DNA from: an uncultured virus (IMG/VR IMGVR_UViG_3300028048_000078)
Lineage: Duplodnaviria > Heunggongvirae > Uroviricota > Caudoviricetes
Strand: one strand, 5' to 3'
Length of the DNA stretch: 64,000 bases
IMG/VR virus record: IMGVR_UViG_3300028048_000078
Of this stretch, positions 57,240 to 64,000 are shown piece by piece. The first letter of the stretch is position 1. The number at the start of each line of letters is the position of its first letter. The translations under genes and the position numbers were made by a program. Below the pieces are notes generated by a model. That model ran no database searches, had not been told where the DNA came from, and saw only the letters and a program-made list of their open reading frames with translations.

Positions 57240-57728
57240 ATGAAGCAGGAATACACAAGTGCAAAGACAAGTACAAAACAAGTACCTAGAACACACAAAC
57301 ATCTTATTAAGTATGGTGAAGGTTTTAAGAACTTTGATAATGGTGCAGGAAAGTACATGGATGGTACAATGTATCTGTACGACCATAAGATTTTTAATCA
57401 TAGGTACGACCCATTTAACGTATCAGAGGTGGAGAACTTTGGCTCATTATCCTATAAGGGCGAATACTTTACTAGTACAATAGCCAATGTACTCAATACA
57501 ATAAAGGAAAAGGAAGTACAGTTAGATGTACTCAAAAGAAGCTATGACATGCTTAGAGAAGGTGGATTTTGCTTCATTTGTGTATACTATGATAAGAATA
57601 AGTCAGCAGGAGCTACAAGGAATGGCTGGCAGTGGCATAAACCATTAAAAGACTATGTTCCTTTAGTAAAAGAGGTTTTTGGTGTAAAGGTACACATTGA
57701 AAACAATATTATTGTAGCTATCAAGTAA
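57240..57728 (+). CDS. small class I SAM-dependent methyltransferase
   Basis: FDNGAGKY, YDPFN, ANVLNTI, LREGG. Confidence 0.7.
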   Translation: MKQEYTSAKTSTKQVPRTHKHLIKYGEGFKNFDNGAGKYMDGTMYLYDHKIFNHRYDPFNVSEVENFGSLSYKGEYFTSTIANVLNTIKEKEVQLDVLKRSYDMLREGGFCFICVYYDKNKSAGATRNGWQWHKPLKDYVPLVKEVFGVKVHIENNIIVAIK

Positions 57729-60700
57729 GAGGTGGAAACACCTCTTACAAAATTCTTAAAATTTTTGTTGACAATACACAAAACACCATGTTATAATTAA
57801 GACATCAAATAACAAAGGGAGTGTTAAATATGAATTTTAGAGATGTAAACGGAAAGTTGTATTCCTATTATGGCAAGCTTATTTTAAATGATTACGAGAG
57901 GGAACACAAAAGACTGTCTTACAGTAATATGTTAAAGGCATTAACTGATGATTGTTATATTCTTAATAACACAATTGCTGATAAGTTTGAGTTTGACTTC
58001 TTAGACGAGAGTCTATACGACTTAGAAGAGCTGACAATTTATCAGTACTACATCATCAGCGAATACACAGCAGAAAAGTTACAGAAGCACACAAACGAGA
58101 TTATACTCTATAATGCTGATTTGGATATGTATTTGTTAGGTGTAGGGCATTTTGGTACATCTTGGGATTATGTTTTAACAGATATTAAGATAGAGGAGTA
58201 ATTATGAAAAAAGATGTTGAAAGTCTATATGTTGAGGATATGATAGAGCGAACTACACAGAACACTATTGATGATTGTATTATATTTATCAACATGCTAT
58301 GTTGTTTAGCAGTAATGTGGATAATTTTTACAATTTTATCTTGACAGTGGTTTTTATATGGTGTATAATTAAGACATCAAATGAAGAGGGAGTGTACATC
58401 ATGGAACTTACTTACACTGACACAATTTATGATTTTCAAGGCTTGTATGACAATTTGTGGGAGTGCGATTATGTACTTGAAACCATTGAGGATGCTGACA
58501 GAGAAGAAGAAGCATGGCAGTTAATTATTGAGTACAGTAATGGAAAGTCATTGACTGAAATTAACGATTTTGTAAGATTTGATTTGTTAGATATTATGGG
58601 TTTGGGGGATTAATTTCCCCCATATACCCTAACAATAAGGGAATGAGGGAAAATGAGAAAAGAGTTTTATAAAGAGTATGAACGAGTAAATGTTACTAAG
58701 GCCAGAACGGCTTTTAAGAAGAACAAAACAGTTATATATTGGAATGAGTCACAGTTGATAAACGAAACAACAAAACCTAACTATGTTACAGATACAACAA
58801 TATTTGATACACCAAAATTGAAGTATTTTATAGTGGTTGATTAAAATTGAGTATGAGTTATCGTTGTGTAACCTCCTTTAAACACACATTGATTAATACT
58901 ACACAACACATCATCATAACACAACGATAATTTATTATATACTATTCTTAGAGAAAAGGCAGGGTTTTACCTGCTTTTTCTATTGCTTAAAAATAATTGT
59001 TGACATCTTAATGTTTTTGATATATAATTACATTATCAAATACAAAAGGAGTGTTAAACATGACTAAAACAGTTGAGTTTGTATCCATTCAGCAAGTAGG
59101 GTGGAGTTATAATGGTGGTTTTTATATCAATGGAATTTTTGGAATTTTTGATATTCTTATTCTTAGGGATAGATATAGAGTAATCCTAGAGTTTGAAGGG
59201 CATAAACATAAGTATCCTAGAATTGCAGACTTTATCACTAGAGAATTAAAAAAGGCTGTTGAAAATAATTTTTATTGTTGACAGTCACAAAACATTGTGC
59301 TATACTCAATACATCAAATATAAAAGGAGTGTTACAAATGAGAAAACAAATTATTGATTTTATCCGCAACAACAAAGAAGCAAATCAAGAAGCAGTTTAT
59401 AGTGATGTTACTAGGTTTTTAATTAAACATCATGGTATAAAGCTTATTGGAAAAGGTACAGTTGATATTGTATTCTCAGTATGGCAAATAGAGGATATAC
59501 TTATATACATAGAATTGCATGGAGCTGATTTTAATTACACATTCTTAAACTAAACATAAACAAGGCAGTAGTTTTTCTACTGTCTTATTTTTTTTTGTTG
59601 ACAGTGATGTATTTATATAGTATAATTGAATTATCAAATAACAAAGGAGTGTTAAATATGGTTAATGTGTACAAAGATGGAGAATACGTTACAATAGGTA
59701 CTGACAAGGGTGTATACCTTATTGGGTATGGAAAGCTTTTAGCTTTTAAACCATCAACAAAACAATATGATAGTTATGGAATGTATATTGATAAAGGCTT
59801 TTATGACTCTTTTACACAAAGTAGCAACGAATTTGTTAATAATTGTGCTGACTGTATTAGCAGATTTTGTGGCAGAACACCAACAGATTTTATAAATCGT
59901 GTTAATAGAGGTGAATTCGCTATAAAAGATTTACAAAATATGTTCTAAACAATGACTAGGCAGTATTTTATATATTGCCTAGTTTTTTTTGTTGACAACA
60001 AAAACATTAATGTGATATAATATAGAAAATCAAACAAAGGAGTGTTGTAAATGAATTGTAACTATGTATTAGTAAATCACACTGAAAATGATGTCACTTG
60101 TTTTGTAGGTAACACAAAGGACAAACAAAAATTTAAAGAGTGTGCAGACAATAACGGAATGGAATTATATATGCATATTCCATTAAATAGTAATGACTGT
60201 GTAAACCTTGACTATTTATTTTTGGGCATGTGGCTGGCAAGTAAAGATACCTTTGAGTTTATGAAGGTACTTGAAAGCTATAAGCAATTGGAAAAACTTA
60301 CCTAATATATAATATAGAAAATTGTCAAGAGAATAGCTTATATTCTTACTTTAAAGATTATTGTAAAAATATTTGATTTTTCTCTTGACAGTCACTTCTA
60401 TATAGTGTAATATAATAGACAGATAAAGCAATTCAATAATTTTTTAAAAGGAGAGATGATTTATGCGAGTAGGAAACATGGAAAGTACAAGAACAGGAAG
60501 GCCAGTAGCAAACCAATTTATCATTAGGGACAACGGAATAACGTATTTTCAAAGCTATGATGTTATTGTAGCAAAAATTGAAGGTGTGCAGGTAACCCTC
60601 GATAAAAATTATTGGGATTATAGCCGTACTACTGCAAAATACCGTAATGCATTTTTAGGTATGACTACTAAGGAAGTAAAACAGAAAATTAAGGATGGAG

Positions 60701-63326
60701 ATATCCTTCTCGATGATTTGAACAAGTAAAGCACAACAACAAAGAAGCAGGAGCAAATTTGTTCCTGCTTTTTTTATAAAAACAGTTGACAAACAACAAA
60801 CAATAGTGTACTATAATAGACAGATAGACAAACAACTATTTAAAGGAGTGTTTACAATGACAAAATCAGAAAAACAAAACTACTTGAACAAAAAAAGTGT
60901 AGGTTATTGGAGTGCATGTAGTGGTGTAGAAGTTAAAGAAATTATCTATGGTATTAATGACTATGCCGTTATAGTTACAGGTGCATGGAGTAGCAATAAG
61001 TCAGTACATAGAGTTAAAATCTACTATGGCAATAAAAGAGATTATATAAACATACATGGATATAGACTTTATTTTGACGAGTGTATCAGAATGTAAGCAG
61101 GATTTTTATCCTGCTTTTTTTTATTGGTTTTAAAATAATTCAAAAAGTTTTTATAAAAAGTGTTGACAGATGATTTTATATGAGTATAATAATAAGTGTA
61201 AGGACAACTTACAAATACAAATTTTATAGGAGTGATTATTTATGGAACATTTAAATGAGATTTTAGCGGAGCTTAATTCTGTACGTACTGCAAAAAAGCA
61301 GTTAGCCACAAGGGAAAAAGAGCTTTTAAAGGCAGTTGAAACATACTTGCCACAAGGCTTTGAGCCTATAACCCTTGAAACAGATGATTATATCCTAAAA
61401 CGCTATACCGCATTAAGTGGAGATAGGTTTGATGTGGATGCAGTAAGGAAATTAGCAATTAAAAACCACATTAAACTTGTGGAGCGTGTAGTTAAGCATA
61501 AGGTTATTGAGTCAGCCCTTGCTGATATCGTTGGGAATATTATCAGTGAAGAAGAATATAATAACCTTAAAATTTTGTGTAATAAACTAAAGATAGATGT
61601 AAAATAATACAATACAAGCTTCTAGGCAGGTTGAAAAATACCTGCCAATTTTTTTTGAAAATTTACAAAGTTTTTCTTGACAACAACAAAACAAGGGTAT
61701 ATTATAATAGACAGATAAGCAATTAATCAATGAAAGGAAGGTATTTATTATGGTAGTAAAGACAAACGGATTTGAATTGACAATTGACGAGGAATATGTA
61801 GAGTGTGAAGTACATTTCAACAATACTGTATGGTATTTCTTAGAGGAATATCTCACAGATGAGCTTCTAGAGTTAATAGAAGAATACATCAACAAAGATA
61901 TAACTTTACTTGACTTTGTTTCAAGTTTTTATGACTCTATTTTATTCGAGGATGAAAACGAGGAGCAAAAACCTCACGAATTTTCCATAGACGAATGGAG
62001 CTATATTTTAGGATAACACAACGAAAAGCAGGAATTAAAAATTTCCTGCTTTTTTTTCTTGACAAGTACAAAACATTAGTATATTATAATAGACAGATAG
62101 TATTAATTAATTAATATACAAGTTGAAAGGATGGTTTTATTATGAAAAAGACAATTACACTTAAGGACAAGTATACTGTACATGTACACTTAGAGCTTAG
62201 AGAAAACAAGGACAATAAGCCTGTTTTTTCCTGTTGTGCAGACTGTAATAGACTCCACACACATGGACAAGGGCTGGATAAAATTAATCCATATATGCAA
62301 AACAATACAATGTGGAAAATTATTTATAGGTTATGGAAAGCACATCATTTAAACGATATGCATCCAGGCACAGAGGTACAAGAGGCAATACTAGAGGAGG
62401 ATTTTGGAGATGATTTGTATAAACTTTCCTATACAGATAAATGCAGGTGGTTAAGTCGTTATAATCTACTTGAACATAATGGATATAAATATGGACATGG
62501 ATGGCTATATCGTGAAATACCTGCGGATGATTTGGCAGTCATTAAGGCGATAATAGAAGCATAAAAACACCTAGAGGATATTTATAGAAAATATCCTCTT
62601 TTTTGTTGACAAGGGTACAACAAATCTATATAATAATACTTAGGATATACAAATTTTATTTTATAGGAGTGATGATATTATGATTAGTACTTTTGTTATC
62701 GGTTTTTGTGCATGGATGGTGTTGAGTATTTTTGCAGATGTGTTAGGAGGTAGATTATAATGATATACATCATCAGAAAAGATACATATAAAATCAAAGA
62801 CAGTCTAAAAGCTATTGGATGTAAATGGAACGGAAAATACAAGGTATGGATTTTTCCAAACGAAAAAGCCACAAAGGGTTTTAACTTTGAGGTCGTGGAA
62901 AGTCTTGATAAACTTACAATACCACAAGAAAAACTGTACAAAAAACCTTTTGTTGCTTCTAGTATAAATCTTAACTGTGTTATAATCAGAGAAGACAGCA
63001 TCACAAACAAAATAAACCTCTATACCGCCATAGGCAGGGGAGAACATGAAGGAAAAACATTTTTCTTCTATGGATGTATAGAAAAGTACTCAGTAGGTGA
63101 GATTTTAGAGGATATACCTTGTAAAATTGATTTTATAAAGGGTAACTCTATCACACTTAAATATAGACTAGATGTATAATAAATCTGACAGTAGTCTTTT
63201 ATGGCTACTGTCTTTTTTAATGGATACAACAACAAACAAACAAGTTTTAGACAATACAACAACAAAACAAAACAAAACAACAATATATATATAATAAAGT
63301 TGTATATATCTTTATATATTTTAGTA

Positions 63327-63516
63327 CTTTAGCAGACTAAAGGGCGAGGTAGCCTACTTCACCCATGTAGCACTTTAGCACGTTAAAGTCTTAAAGCTTT
63401 AAGACTTTAGCACGTTAAAGTGTTAAATAATTAAAACTTTAGCACGTTAAAGTGTTAAAGCTTTAATACTTTAGTATGGTAAAGTTGTAAAGTTTTAGTG
63501 CTTTAGCAGACTAAAG
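63327..63516. repeat. 32-bp-periodic array of alternating 16-bp palindrome-like units
   Basis: CTTTAG-n5-TAAAG units at 63327, 63373, 63405, 63437, 63469, 63501. Confidence 0.85.
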
Positions 63517-64000
63517 TCTGACTTTTTGCTGATTTGACCTTTTGACCTTTTGACTAATTAACCTTTTGACTTTTTAAAAGTTAAAAATCTTTTTACTTAG
63601 TCAGATGCCCTTATTTGCTAATGACTATTAACTTTTGAATTGAAAAGTTAAAAAAAGTTTATACTTGTCCTGAGACTCGCATAAGTGAATAGTTATTAAC
63701 TAATGTGTTGGTGTTGTTCGCTTTTGTCTGATTTTGGGGATAATGGCCACTTTATAAATGCCTCTGTAAGGCCACCAGATGCCCTGTATTCGTTTTTATG
63801 GTATAAAGGTATAAATATATGGGTTGTTGTCGTTGCGTTTAACCTGTGCAATTCTCAATTAGAAGCCTTGATATATAAGGGTTTTTGGTATGATAATGAG
63901 TATCAAGTAGCGGTATTTGTGGCTAAACTTTGTTCTGTTTAAGTAGTATATGAATTTTGCCTAATGTATTAAGGTGAAAGTCTAGGTCCGGCCCTTATAT

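Larger units (their letters stand above)
39729..62640 (+). promoter_or_regulatory. array of about 30 near-consensus sigma70/sigmaA promoters, each heading 1-4 small genes (host-takeover-like region)
   Basis: TTGACA-17/18-TA(T/C)AAT-like pairs at e.g. 39861, 42961, 44508, 44814, 46422, 46828, 48266, 49088, 50149, 50957, 52764, 53270, 53885, 54668, 56740, 57178, 57768, 59000, 59278, 59992, 62059; recurrent AAGGAGTG RBS. Confidence 0.9.
52827..63179 (+). other. individually promoted small early genes, many strongly acidic
   Basis: e.g. 52827, 53333, 56290, 56803, 57821, 58401, 60463, 61242, 61750, 62142; each with promoter and RBS, often a terminator. Confidence 0.8.

Noticed and set aside
1631..63283. 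Minus-strand ORFs in the six-frame track
   Set aside because: Nearly all are shadows of + strand genes, lacking RBS or motifs, with Ser/Leu/Ile-rich antisense composition
63327..63516. Possible CRISPR or TIGR-like guide array
   Set aside because: The intervening 16-mers are similar to each other and palindromic rather than unique spacers; no associated effector gene
1..64000. Stop-codon reassignment (alternative genetic code)
   Set aside because: Conserved genes are full-length in the standard code, and TAA, TGA and TAG all act as stops (e.g. dnaB ends in TAG)

Overview
A 64-kb segment of an AT-rich, probably lytic dsDNA tailed phage of a Firmicutes host. Two envelope-related proteins hint at a diderm Negativicutes host (inference). 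Essentially all real genes are on the + strand, and no capsid, tail, terminase or integrase genes were recognised. The left ~39 kb holds nucleotide metabolism (dUTPase, ThyX), a trifunctional kinase/phosphatase/RNA-ligase repair enzyme and a full replisome: DnaC-like loader, DnaB, DnaG, SSB, family A polymerase, beta-clamp-like protein and DnaX-like clamp loader. It also carries recombination genes (Cas4-like nuclease, RecU, RecA), DNA modification genes and an OFA-family MFS transporter. polA is interrupted by a LAGLIDADG intein and by a group I intron in motif C (HD|E). The intron encodes a LAGLIDADG endonuclease whose free-standing paralog lies directly after polA. The right ~24 kb is a host-takeover-like array of about 30 promoter-RBS-small gene-terminator cassettes, many sharing an operator-like AATGNTTT motif between -35 and -10. 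This part also has a candidate origin (52.2-52.75 kb), a P-loop protein locus with linked repeats, and a 32-bp-periodic palindrome array near the right end. Several unexplained structured non-coding elements were found (7.2, 30.1, 39.8, 53.8/55.9 and 58.9 kb). All family assignments are motif-based by eye; no database searches were run.
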